A DNA stretch of 51,595 bases from Opitutia bacterium (lineage in GTDB: Bacteria; Verrucomicrobiota; Verrucomicrobiia; Opitutales; JABJCN01), in assembly GCA_038125285.1 (NCBI GenBank), contig JAYPDO010000008.1, positions 1 to 51,595 of the forward strand, in the 5' to 3' direction. The notes under the pieces are model-generated. The model ran no database searches, was not told the origin of the DNA, and saw only the letters and a program-made list of their open reading frames with translations. Of this stretch, positions 8,156 to 17,390 are shown piece after piece; within the stretch, counting starts at the first letter, position 1, and each line of letters opens with the position of its first letter. The position numbers and the translations under genes were made by a program.

Positions 8156-10444
8156 TTAATCCAGAGGGGCAGGCTCGTAGTCGGAGGGGATTACCCAACC
8201 GGTACCCATCTTTTCCCCAGACATGTACTTTTCGTAGAAATCGTTCCAATTCCCGACGAAGGGGAATTCTTCGAATACATGGCCTTTCCCCTCCATCCGG
8301 GCGTCCCCTTGGGCCTTCAGTTCTGCCTCCAATTGTTGACGCAACTTTTGGGCTTGGGGGGCATGGGTTGGATTTCCAGCCAAGTTTTCTACGCAGTCCG
8401 GGTCGCACTTGGTGTTGAAAAGTTCCTCCCCCGGCCTTTTTCCGAAGTTCATTTGCCAGAAACTGGGCTCCCCGTCCCTCCGTTGTTGGAGGATCAAGGA
8501 TTTTGTGGGGCCAGCGTCGCAGTTCAAGTATCCAGTCTCCGGATTGCCGATTGGCCAGCGTGAGGGTTCGTAGTTCCGTAGGTAAAGCCATTGCCCGTCC
8601 ATGATCCCCCGGATGGGGTAACCCCAGTTGTGCGGACGCCCGACATCGTGCCTCTCCTTGCCGACCAGGACATGGTCACGGGAAGGGATGAGGTGGCCGG
8701 AGCCCGGGTGGTTGAAGATTTCTTGCAAAGATCGGCCCGAAACTGGCTCCATGATGCCACCTCCAGGAGTGACCCCGGCAACGCCGAGGAAGGTTGGGGC
8801 CAAGTCTACGAAACTTACAAAGTCCTCCACCTTGCGCCCATTGCCTTTGATCCCCCCTGGCCACATGATTGCCAAGGGGATGTGGTTGGAGTACTCATAG
8901 GCTTGCCCTTTGCAACGGGGGAAAGGCATTCCGTGGTCGGAGGTGGCGACAACCAAAGTGTTGGCAAGCAGGCCAGCCTGCTCCAACTGGTCCAAGATTT
9001 GTCCAAGGTGGTTGTCAAAATGCTCCACTTCGAATGCATAATCTAGCATGTCGTTGCGGACTGTCCCATTGTCCGGCCAGAAGGATGGGACGTGCCCGAT
9101 ATCGGATGGTTTCTTCCCATGCTTTGCGCCGACTCCGGCTTCATATCCCCTGTGGGGCTCCGTAGCACCATACCAAAAGCACCATGGTTCACCTCCCTTT
9201 TCCGCTTTCATGAATTCAGCAAAATTTCCCGCATAATCATTGTTGCTGATAGCCTTGGCGGGAGGTGCTTTTTTCTTCGATTGGAATGGCCTGCCGGTGA
9301 TCAACCTTTTGTTGCCGGAAGCATCATTGGCAATCCCTGGCGCCCAGCCTTTACCCGTGTAGCCGGTGAAGTATCCCGCGGCCTCCAGTTGCTCCATGAA
9401 ACTTCCGTACTTTGGGGGGAAGAAGTTCATGTGGTTGGCCGCCTCCCCGAGTTGCCAGGAATAACGGCCTGTTAAAATCGCCGCCCTGGACGGGGCACAT
9501 TTTGCGTTCGGGGTGTAGGCACGGGTGAACAGGATCCCGTCCTTGGCGACCCTGTCAAAAGCGGGTGTATTTACCCACTTGCAACCGTACGCACTTGCAT
9601 GGCCGAAGGACCAGTCGTCCGCAATGGCGAAAAGGATGTTGGGGCGTGGCTTCGATACAGCGGACTGGAGCCCTTTCATTGCCTCCGCATAACGCCGGCC
9701 AAGTTCCCTGGCGCTTTCCGCGCTGAAATGTACCTTGTCGCCTTTGTCCCCCAGACCCTCCGCACTGGCGAAGGCAGTGTTGGCTACTTTCAGGGGTAAT
9801 TCCCTGTGGGCTTTGTCGACCATTGCCTTGGGTTCCGGCCATTCACTGAAGATCCCCATTTGCCCGGCCACGAAGGGTAGCCCTGGGGCTCCGAATTCCT
9901 TACGGAACCTAGCTACCACATCATGCAGGCGGGCCTCATATAATCCAGCTTTGGCGGTATTTGAATCGGATTCCCCCTGGTGCCAAATAATTCCTTTCAA
10001 CGTGCCTTTCCCTAGGGCCACTTTCGCACGGGCTAGGGTATCGTCCCATGGATGGCCTTTGGTCTGGCCGTGGTATCCGCCAGGAACCCATGTCTCGATG
10101 GGCGAGCCTCCATGGGCACAGGGCACCAAGCCAATGACCACTTCCGGTCCCGCCGCCTTCAGCATGCCGAGGCCGAAGGACTTGCCTGGGCCGACCCCGG
10201 CGCTGGGTTTGTCAAAATGAAGCGGGTCCACTGCGGGTACCCATCCATTGGCTTTGTCCAGCATGAACAGGCGGGGATCGACAATCTTGTCCTTCTCCTC
10301 GATCTTCCCCCGTCCAGCCATGTTCGACTGCCCGGCCAGGATGTATATGTGGAAGTTTTCCTTCGGGATTTCTGGGAGTTGGCCGTAGGAGATACCGGCA
10401 AAAATGGCTGGGACAAGGATGGATAATCGGTTTCGCATGGTCAT
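8156..10444 (-). CDS. fusion protein: SASA/sialate-O-acetylesterase-like domain + formylglycine-type sulfatase domain
   Basis: The N-terminal half has [13 protein letters not shown] and IIWHQGESD (SASA/DUF303-type esterase motifs). The C-terminal half has [11 protein letters not shown]...[18 protein letters not shown] (sulfatase C-x-P-x-R) and ATSDHG. The start was trimmed to M10/M12 (10444/10438), giving the leader [21 protein letters not shown]. Confidence 0.9.
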   Translation of the reverse strand: MTMRNRLSILVPAIFAGISYGQLPEIPKENFHIYILAGQSNMAGRGKIEEKDKIVDPRLFMLDKANGWVPAVDPLHFDKPSAGVGPGKSFGLGMLKAAGPEVVIGLVPCAHGGSPIETWVPGGYHGQTKGHPWDDTLARAKVALGKGTLKGIIWHQGESDSNTAKAGLYEARLHDVVARFRKEFGAPGLPFVAGQMGIFSEWPEPKAMVDKAHRELPLKVANTAFASAEGLGDKGDKVHFSAESARELGRRYAEAMKGLQSAVSKPRPNILFAIADDWSFGHASAYGCKWVNTPAFDRVAKDGILFTRAYTPNAKCAPSRAAILTGRYSWQLGEAANHMNFFPPKYGSFMEQLEAAGYFTGYTGKGWAPGIANDASGNKRLITGRPFQSKKKAPPAKAISNNDYAGNFAEFMKAEKGGEPWCFWYGATEPHRGYEAGVGAKHGKKPSDIGHVPSFWPDNGTVRNDMLDYAFEVEHFDNHLGQILDQLEQAGLLANTLVVATSDHGMPFPRCKGQAYEYSNHIPLAIMWPGGIKGNGRKVEDFVSFVDLAPTFLGVAGVTPGGGIMEPVSGRSLQEIFNHPGSGHLIPSRDHVLVGKERHDVGRPHNWGYPIRGIMDGQWLYLRNYEPSRWPIGNPETGYLNCDAGPTKSLILQQRRDGEPSFWQMNFGKRPGEELFNTKCDPDCVENLAGNPTHAPQAQKLRQQLEAELKAQGDARMEGKGHVFEEFPFVGNWNDFYEKYMSGEKMGTGWVIPSDYEPAPLD

Positions 10445-10519
10445 TCGGTGTTTCGGTACAAAAGGGTACAATTGACTGGTCGGGAAGTTTTCAATCGCGC
10501 CGGGATCTGGACGCTGGCT

Positions 10520-11161
10520 TCATACTTCCAGGACTTCATCCCAATCCAGTCCATAATCTTCGGATAAGGTGGACACCAGCATCCCCGCGCTCCGTTCCTT
10601 GCAGGTGTTTTGCAACATCCAAATGGCCATTTTCGTGTTCTCTGGATCCAGGTGGCTGAAGGGCTCGTCCAGCAAGAGGAATTGGAAAGGCTGGAGCAAT
10701 GCCCGGAGGATTGCGAAGCGTTGTTGCTGGCCGTAGGATAGCTTGCCGCATGGATTATCCAAGTAGGGATGGACTCCCAGTCCCTGGGCTTTCGATTCCA
10801 TGTCGACCGGGTCCGTGGGTACATCTTGCAAGGCGCTTTTGAGCTCCAGGTTTTGCCGTGCCGTGAGTTGGGGCAAGAGCCTCAGGTCTTGGAATACGAT
10901 CCCGAAAGGTCCGCTCCGGAGGGTTGCCCAGTCCTGCGGCATAAAATCACGCCCATCCTTGCCATCGACCGTGAACCGGCCGGTATAGTTTTTCCTGATC
11001 CCGCAAAGGATATGCAGGAACGTACTTTTCCCCCGGCCTGATGTCCCCTTGAGCAGGTAGTTTTTTTTTGTGTCGATGACCAGGTTGTCTCTCCAGACGG
11101 TACCTTCCACTGTGTTCAATGGCAACCCTTCGGGACGCAGGGAGTGGGCGTGGATTTCCAT
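10520..11161 (-). CDS. stand-alone ABC-type ATP-binding protein (single NBD, FtsE/LolD size) with non-canonical motifs
   Basis: Walker A is GTSGRGKST, the Q-loop is VFQD, the signature is LSYGQQQR and Walker B is LLLDEPFSHLD. The H-loop position reads VSTLSED. The gene starts 15 nt after the upstream YwqK-type gene ends. Confidence 0.85.
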   Translation of the reverse strand: MEIHAHSLRPEGLPLNTVEGTVWRDNLVIDTKKNYLLKGTSGRGKSTFLHILCGIRKNYTGRFTVDGKDGRDFMPQDWATLRSGPFGIVFQDLRLLPQLTARQNLELKSALQDVPTDPVDMESKAQGLGVHPYLDNPCGKLSYGQQQRFAILRALLQPFQFLLLDEPFSHLDPENTKMAIWMLQNTCKERSAGMLVSTLSEDYGLDWDEVLEV

Positions 11162-11176
11162 TCGGAAGGCGGTTGG

Positions 11177-12712
11177 TCAGGGAAGGATGTTCCCTTTGGC
11201 GTCCCATTTGCGCTCAAGGCAGGTTTCCCCGTCTGCATAGACCGTTTGCGTGGCGATTGTCCCGTCCGGATACCATATGGAGTGCTTCCCGTGCCTGTTC
11301 CCATTCTTGTAATACCCTTCGATTTTCAGGACGCCGGTTTGGTAGTAGTCGATCGCTTTTCCGGTGAAGGGGGTATCCTCCCCGAACTCATAGAACTTGT
11401 GGTTCTCCCTTTGAAGGATGTGGGCTACCCCGACCGTCCTGGTGTCAATACGATGTTCATTATATTCCGGATGGGAATTCAACCATTGGGAAGCATGTTC
11501 CGAACCAGGGGTGGGTTTGGTTTGGATATGGAGGTTACGGACAACGTGTTGGGAGGCAACTTTCCCATTGGCCGCCGTAATGGCAAGGTGCCTCGGATCC
11601 GACGGGTATGCCGGGGAAGGGAACTCGATCACCTGTGAACCGTCCAGCTTGACCACAATGTTGTCCAAGTCCGCGATGATCCGGAGGTGCCTCCAATCCT
11701 TACCGCTGCTGGGCGAAGCATTGGAGCGGGATACCCGTTTGCCGTCCGGGTCGAACAGGCTTATTCCTTTCCACCGGCTGTTGGTCACTAACTGGAGGGT
11801 GTACCCGCCTGTTCCCGGTATCATGCCCGGATCCTCCTCGATTCCCGGCCCGAATTTCGGTACGTCCTTACAACCAAAGAGCACCGCCATTGCGGAACTC
11901 CCGAAATTGAGGGCGTTGGACTTGGTCGGTATGGCAAGATATTCGAGGGAAAGTTCGAAGGGCGGGTTGACCGGAGGGGTTAGCCAGATGTGCGCAGTTG
12001 ATTTTTTATTTTTTCCGTTTGTCAGCTCCAGTTCGGGTTTTCCATCCACATCGGTCATTTGCGGATAACCCGGGTTGTTGGATTGGAAGGGTTCGTACTG
12101 CTGCTTTTCCAGGATCCCTGAGAAGAGCTGCGATGGATTTTGGTCTTGTTCCAATTCGTAGTCCGGGGATTTCCGGGTGAGGGCAAGTTTTCCTTGGAAA
12201 TAAATCCTGTGGGACGAGATGTTCCCCACCTTGTCGTAAACGATGAACGGGCCGTGGATCTTCCCATGGTCAAAGAAAATGTCCATTTGCCGCCTCCCGT
12301 CGTCATGGAACGAGGTCATTTTCCCATGGCGCCCCCCTTTTTCGTAATGGATGGCGAACTGGAGCTTTCCGTTTTTGTGCCAATTTTCTTCCCGCCCTTG
12401 CTGGACTCCATGGTTGTACCTGGCGCAGAACATCTTGTTGCCGTTCTCATGGTATATGGTGACCAACCCGTGCGGTTTGCCATCAATGATGTGGGCATCG
12501 TAACGGGGTGTGCCATCCTCAAAGGTCGAATAAGCCCGGCCTGTAAAGGGTTCGCTCTCGGTGTCGAAGAAGTAAATATTTTCCCATTTCACCAACATTT
12601 CCCCGTCCACCGTCCTCTCTGCGTTCTGGGGAATGCCATCCTTTGCCTCCTCGCTGGCAAGCAGCGAAACCAGGGGCAAAAGTGCCAAGGCGATGGGATA
12701 CCGTAGAAGCAT
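11177..12712 (-). CDS. secreted YwqK/MORN-variant repeat protein with central beta-sandwich (LamG/concanavalin-like?) region
   Basis: Leader MLLRYPIALALLPLVSLLASEEA. N-terminal repeats: FTGRAYSTFEDGTPRYDAHIIDGKPHGLVTIYHENGNKMFCARYNHGVQQGREENWHKNGKLQ. C-terminal repeats: FTGKAIDYYQTGVLKIEGYYKNGNRHGKHSIWYPDGT. The middle ~200 aa is beta-rich (WRHLRIIADLDNIVVKLDGSQV). Confidence 0.8.
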   Translation of the reverse strand: MLLRYPIALALLPLVSLLASEEAKDGIPQNAERTVDGEMLVKWENIYFFDTESEPFTGRAYSTFEDGTPRYDAHIIDGKPHGLVTIYHENGNKMFCARYNHGVQQGREENWHKNGKLQFAIHYEKGGRHGKMTSFHDDGRRQMDIFFDHGKIHGPFIVYDKVGNISSHRIYFQGKLALTRKSPDYELEQDQNPSQLFSGILEKQQYEPFQSNNPGYPQMTDVDGKPELELTNGKNKKSTAHIWLTPPVNPPFELSLEYLAIPTKSNALNFGSSAMAVLFGCKDVPKFGPGIEEDPGMIPGTGGYTLQLVTNSRWKGISLFDPDGKRVSRSNASPSSGKDWRHLRIIADLDNIVVKLDGSQVIEFPSPAYPSDPRHLAITAANGKVASQHVVRNLHIQTKPTPGSEHASQWLNSHPEYNEHRIDTRTVGVAHILQRENHKFYEFGEDTPFTGKAIDYYQTGVLKIEGYYKNGNRHGKHSIWYPDGTIATQTVYADGETCLERKWDAKGNILP

Positions 12713-12914
12713 AAGATGATCACAATGTATAAAGTGCTTACGGAATCAAGGCATGTTCGCTGGATAATTGCATCCGGGTTGGGACGACTTGAAGATTTTA
12801 CCGATGGGGCATCCCGATAGGGCGGCGGGTTCCCCTTGCGTGAATGGAGGATTGACCAGTGCCTCGTTATTCTCGATATGTACCTACACTACTTTTCCAA
12901 ACATAGAAATAACG

Positions 12915-13979
12915 ATGACGCACGAACCTTCCTTCCGAAATAAAACCAAGCATTTTACTTGCCTACTCCCAATTGCCCTACTTGCCCTTGCCGCTTGCAC
13001 CGGCAAGCAAGACGTCGGAGAGACGCAACCAGCAGGGGGTGGGGAGCCCGAAAAAACAATCAGAGTGGCCTTTGTTACCAATATGATTGCCGACTTCTGG
13101 AATATCGCCAAGGCCGGGTGCCGTGATGCAGAGAAGGACTTGCATGTCAAAGTTGAGGTGAAGATGCCCAGCCAAGGCACGGTCGAGAAGCAAAAGCAAA
13201 TCGTGGAAGACCTCATTTCCTCCGGTATCAATGGCATTGCCATTAGCCCCCTGGATGCGGACAACCAAGTCGCCTGGTTGGACGAAATCGCATCGAAAGT
13301 TCCCCTCATCACCCATGATTCGGACTGTCCTGGATCCAAACGCCTTTGCTACATCGGCATGGACAATTACAAGGCCGGGCGCATGTGCGGGGAGCTTGTT
13401 AAGGACGCGATTCCTGGAGGAGGGGAAGTGATGCTGTTCATCGGCCGCCTGGAGCAAGATAATTCAAAATACCGCCGCCAAGGCGTTATCGACGAACTCA
13501 TGGGGCGCCCAGTGCCTGAAAACTTGGCTAACTTGGCTTATGACCCGGAAGGCCAGCCGGTTGTAGGTGAAAAGTTCACAGTCCTGGATACCCTGACGGA
13601 CCAGGGGAAGCCCGAAGTTGCCAAGCAGAAAGCTGCGGACGCCATCAATGCCTATCCCCAGATGAAAGCGATGGTTGGCCTGTTCGAGTACAATCCCCCC
13701 GCCTGTTACCAAGCCCTGAAGCAAGCAGGGAAACTCGGCGCGATCGAGCTGATTGGCTTTGATGAGAACAATGTGACTTTGCAAGGGATCAAGGATGGTA
13801 CAATCAAAGGCACTGTCGTCCAAAACCCCTACGAATACGGTTACCAATCTGTGCAGATCCTCAAGGACATCCTGGAGGGGAACGAGCCTCGCACTTACAT
13901 CGACATCCCCCCCAGGAAAATTACCGAAGAAAACGTGGATGATTTTTGGGCCGACCTGAAAGCCAAGAAAGAAGGCTGA
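12915..13979 (+). CDS. sugar ABC transporter substrate-binding lipoprotein (RbsB / periplasmic-binding-protein type I-like)
   Basis: The internal ATG at 12915 gives MTHEPSFRNKTKHFTCLLPIALLALAAC with a lipobox (LAAC). The body has IRVAFVTNMIADFWN...GINGIAISPLD...YIGMDNYKAGR, typical of ribose/monosaccharide binding proteins. Confidence 0.9.
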   Translation: MTHEPSFRNKTKHFTCLLPIALLALAACTGKQDVGETQPAGGGEPEKTIRVAFVTNMIADFWNIAKAGCRDAEKDLHVKVEVKMPSQGTVEKQKQIVEDLISSGINGIAISPLDADNQVAWLDEIASKVPLITHDSDCPGSKRLCYIGMDNYKAGRMCGELVKDAIPGGGEVMLFIGRLEQDNSKYRRQGVIDELMGRPVPENLANLAYDPEGQPVVGEKFTVLDTLTDQGKPEVAKQKAADAINAYPQMKAMVGLFEYNPPACYQALKQAGKLGAIELIGFDENNVTLQGIKDGTIKGTVVQNPYEYGYQSVQILKDILEGNEPRTYIDIPPRKITEENVDDFWADLKAKKEG

Positions 13980-14003
13980 GCGCCCCTTCCCGGCGAGTTT
14001 TCC

Positions 14004-15527
14004 ATGGACAGCCCCTCCGGACAGGATGCCCCCCCACGGCTGGAGGTGAGGAAAGTCGGGAAGGAATTCCCTGGTGTCCGTGCTTTGCATGAAGTCGACC
14101 TTGTCCTACGCCAAGGCGAAGTCCTTGCCCTGATAGGGGAAAACGGGGCGGGCAAAAGCACGCTCATGAAAATCCTTGCCGGGGTCCAACCCCCGGGGAG
14201 TGGCCAAGTCCTGGCCAACGGGTGTCCGAACCAAGTGTTTTCTGTCCAGGAAGCCATGCGCCATGGGATCTCGCTAATCCACCAGGAGCTGAACTTGGCG
14301 GACAACCTGGATGTCGGGGCCAATGTCTACCTCGGGCGCGAACCGCTCAAAAACGGCCTGATCGACAAGGCCAAAATCCGTGAAGACTCTAAAAAGTACC
14401 TGGATGCCGTAGGGCTTGACGTCGACCCCAATACACTGGTGTCGCAACTGACCATCGGTAGGCAACAAATGGTGGAAATTGCCAAGGCCCTGTCCATGGA
14501 CTCCAAAGTCCTGATCATGGACGAGCCGACTTCCAGCCTTTCCCAGGCGGAAACCGAGAACCTCTTCAAAGTGATCAAAGACCTCCGCGCCAAAGGGGTC
14601 AGCATCATTTACATTTCCCACCGCCTTGGGGAGGTCATCGAGTTGGCCGACCGGGTGACTGTGTTGCGGGACGGGGAAAATGCAGGGGAACTTTCCAGGG
14701 AGGAAATCAACCATGACAACATGGTCCGGATGATGGTCGGGCGGGATATCTCCAGCTACTTCCAACGCAATCCCCATGCCCCAGGGGCAGTCGTCCTCGA
14801 AGCCCGCAAATTGAGGACGCCTGCGAACCCTGACCATGAACTCGATTTTTCCATCCGTTCAGGCGAAATCGTCGGCGTTGCAGGGTTGGTCGGGGCGGGA
14901 AGGACGGAAATGTTGGAAGCCCTTTTCGGAGTTAAACCTGCATTGGGCGGGGAAATTCTTGTCCGGGGCAAAGCAACCGGGGTTTCGACCCCCCGTGATG
15001 CCATCAAGGCCGGGTTGGCCCTTGCACCGGAAGACCGTAAATCCCAAGGCCTTGTCATCGAAATGAGTGTCCGTGAAAACATTTCCCTTGCCTCCCTCCG
15101 CAGGGACAGCAAGCCGGGCGGTTTCCTGGACTTTCAAAAAGAGGCGGGTACCAGTAGCCAAATGATCAGGAGGATGGGGGTAAAAACCCCGGGCGACGGC
15201 CAAATCATCCGATACCTTTCCGGGGGCAACCAACAAAAGGTCGTCCTTGGCAAGTGGTTGTCGATGGAACCGGGAATCCTCTTGCTCGACGAGCCTACCC
15301 GGGGGATCGACATCGGGGCAAAACGCGAGATCTACGCATTGATGGAGGAGCTGGCATCCGGTGGGGTGGCGATCCTGTTTGTCTCCAGTGAAATGGAGGA
15401 GGTACTTGGAATGGCCGACCGGGTCTTGGTCATGCACGAAGGCAGGATTTCAGGGGAACTTCAGCGCGAAGAAATGTCCGAAGAAGCCATTATGAGGCTG
15501 GCTGTGGGCAAAACCAGTGAACCATAA
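14004..15527 (+). CDS. sugar ABC transporter ATP-binding protein (tandem NBDs, RbsA/MglA-like)
   Basis: 507 aa. First NBD: GENGAGKSTLMKILAG, LTIGRQQMVEIAKAL, LIMDEPTSSL. Second NBD: LSGGNQQKVVLGKWL, LLLDEPTRGIDIGAK. Confidence 0.93.
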   Translation: MDSPSGQDAPPRLEVRKVGKEFPGVRALHEVDLVLRQGEVLALIGENGAGKSTLMKILAGVQPPGSGQVLANGCPNQVFSVQEAMRHGISLIHQELNLADNLDVGANVYLGREPLKNGLIDKAKIREDSKKYLDAVGLDVDPNTLVSQLTIGRQQMVEIAKALSMDSKVLIMDEPTSSLSQAETENLFKVIKDLRAKGVSIIYISHRLGEVIELADRVTVLRDGENAGELSREEINHDNMVRMMVGRDISSYFQRNPHAPGAVVLEARKLRTPANPDHELDFSIRSGEIVGVAGLVGAGRTEMLEALFGVKPALGGEILVRGKATGVSTPRDAIKAGLALAPEDRKSQGLVIEMSVRENISLASLRRDSKPGGFLDFQKEAGTSSQMIRRMGVKTPGDGQIIRYLSGGNQQKVVLGKWLSMEPGILLLDEPTRGIDIGAKREIYALMEELASGGVAILFVSSEMEEVLGMADRVLVMHEGRISGELQREEMSEEAIMRLAVGKTSEP

Positions 15528-15554
15528 GAAAATACCCAACCCATCTCCAAAACC

Positions 15555-17039
15555 GTGAATATCAAAGTCTTAGGAATCGGAATCCTCCTCATCGTCCTCT
15601 GGGTAATCCTGGCCGTCGCCGTACCCGAGTCATTCTTGGCCGGGAACAATATTGAAAACCTCCTCCGGCGGACAGCCATGTACGGGATTCTGGGCATCGG
15701 GGTGTCCTTTGTCATCATCACGGCCGGGATCGATCTGTCCATCGGTTCCATGGTCTGTCTGAGTGCCTGCTTCCTGACTATTTTCCTGAAGGTCGACTAC
15801 CTCCCGGCCGGAGGCTCGGAAGTCTTGTCCGTAGCCCCTGCCTCCTCGGAGATCATCATCCAAGGACAATCTGGAGGCTTTGCAAATGGGGATAAAGTCC
15901 GGTACTTCGGCGGCCGCAGGGCCAGGAGCGCGCTGGTGACTGTGGTCTCTGCAGAAAGGACAACCCACAAGTCGGAGGGCGGGAGGGACATCCCGGCTAC
16001 CCGGCTTAAGGTCGAAGGCCTTACCGGGAACGCAGACCGTCGGGGGACGGTTGCCCGCGTCTTCCCTGTGTTGGAGGTTATTCCTGATGGGGATGGCAAC
16101 GCATCGGTCTCGATTGGTGGTGGGCATCCATTGGCTCAACGGGACCGCATCACCTTCATCCATCCGGAATCAGGCCTATCAGACAAACAGGTGGTTTCAG
16201 CCCGGATTTCAGGGGACAAGACTGAATTGTCGTTGGACAGCAGTGTAGGAACCGTGACCAACGAGTGGTTTGCCATGCCCGTCAATCGCCATCAGAAAAT
16301 GCCGGTACTGATGGCCTTGATTTTGGTATTGGGAATAGGGTTGGTTCTTGGATGCTTCCATGGGTTCCTGGTCACGAAAGTCAAACTCCAGCCCTTTGTC
16401 GTCACCCTCTGCGGGCTTTTGTTTTACCGCGGGGTCTCCCGTTGGAGCGTGGACGACCAGACGGTAGGGTTGGGCAACGAATACGATGCCTCCCTAGCCC
16501 CCATTGCCTCGGGGAAACTGGCCATCACCCTGGATTTCGGGATCCCTTACCCCTTCTTCATCCTCATCGTGGTGGCCATACTTGCGGCCATCTTCTTGAA
16601 CAGGACAATCTATGGCCGCTACATGCTGGCCTTGGGGCGGAACGAGGAGGCTGCCAGACTCTCCGGGATCGATACATCCAGGATGACCGTCGTCGCCTAT
16701 GTCATCTGCACTTGCCTGGCCGCCCTCGGGGGGATCCTGTTTGCCATCGATTCCAACTCCGTCGCGCCTTCCAGCTTCGGCAACTTCTTCGAGCTATACG
16801 CCATCGCCGCCGCAGTCCTGGGAGGATGCAGCTTGCGGGGTGGGGAAGGGAGCATCCTCGGCGTGGTAATCGGTACTGCGGTAATGCAGACTTTGTACAA
16901 CCTGATCATCCTCCTGAAAATTTCCGACACCTTGGAGTTTGCGATCATTGGCGCGGTCATCCTGGCCGGCGTGATCGCGGATGAAATGATCAAACGTGCG
17001 GTTACCAAGCGCCGCCAATCCAAGGCTGCCACAGCATGA
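15555..17039 (+). CDS. sugar ABC transporter permease (RbsC/BPD_transp_2-like) carrying a ~160-aa internal insertion
   Basis: GTG start. N-terminal TM segments plus the C-terminal core (LCGLLFYRGV..., GRYMLALGRNEEAARLSGI, FELYAIAAAVLGGCSLRGGEGS) are typical of ribose-type permeases. Residues ~80-245 are hydrophilic and have no counterpart in ~320-aa RbsC. Confidence 0.88.
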   Translation: MNIKVLGIGILLIVLWVILAVAVPESFLAGNNIENLLRRTAMYGILGIGVSFVIITAGIDLSIGSMVCLSACFLTIFLKVDYLPAGGSEVLSVAPASSEIIIQGQSGGFANGDKVRYFGGRRARSALVTVVSAERTTHKSEGGRDIPATRLKVEGLTGNADRRGTVARVFPVLEVIPDGDGNASVSIGGGHPLAQRDRITFIHPESGLSDKQVVSARISGDKTELSLDSSVGTVTNEWFAMPVNRHQKMPVLMALILVLGIGLVLGCFHGFLVTKVKLQPFVVTLCGLLFYRGVSRWSVDDQTVGLGNEYDASLAPIASGKLAITLDFGIPYPFFILIVVAILAAIFLNRTIYGRYMLALGRNEEAARLSGIDTSRMTVVAYVICTCLAALGGILFAIDSNSVAPSSFGNFFELYAIAAAVLGGCSLRGGEGSILGVVIGTAVMQTLYNLIILLKISDTLEFAIIGAVILAGVIADEMIKRAVTKRRQSKAATA

Positions 17040-17344
17040 TATCGATGAATCCTTCCGAAGATGGAAAAGTAGCCCCCCCGGGGAATGTTGAATTTGTAAA
17101 CCGCGAATCCCATTTGCGGAGCTTGCTGAAGGGATTGACTTGGAGGGTTTTGGCAACACTGACCACCATTTGCGTTGCCTACTTCATCTTGCACGAAAGG
17201 GAGAATGCCATACGCGAGGCAGCTATGATCGGGGCGGTGGAATTCTTTGCTAAACTAGGGATCTACTATTTGCACGAGCGCGCCTGGCAAAAAGTCCCCA
17301 TCGGGACAGTCCGGAAAATGGCGGGCAATAGCAAGAAACCCTAG
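17036..17344 (+). CDS. DUF2061-family small membrane protein
   Basis: 102 aa. RSLLKGLTWRVLATLTTICVAYFI...GAVEFFAKLGIYYLHERAW matches the DUF2061 pattern. The ATG overlaps the permease stop (ATGA at 17036-17039). Confidence 0.75.
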   Translation: MISMNPSEDGKVAPPGNVEFVNRESHLRSLLKGLTWRVLATLTTICVAYFILHERENAIREAAMIGAVEFFAKLGIYYLHERAWQKVPIGTVRKMAGNSKKP

Positions 17345-17390
17345 ACCCCCAAATTTCTTGGGTATTGGCAGGTTGGACTCATCCCTTTTT

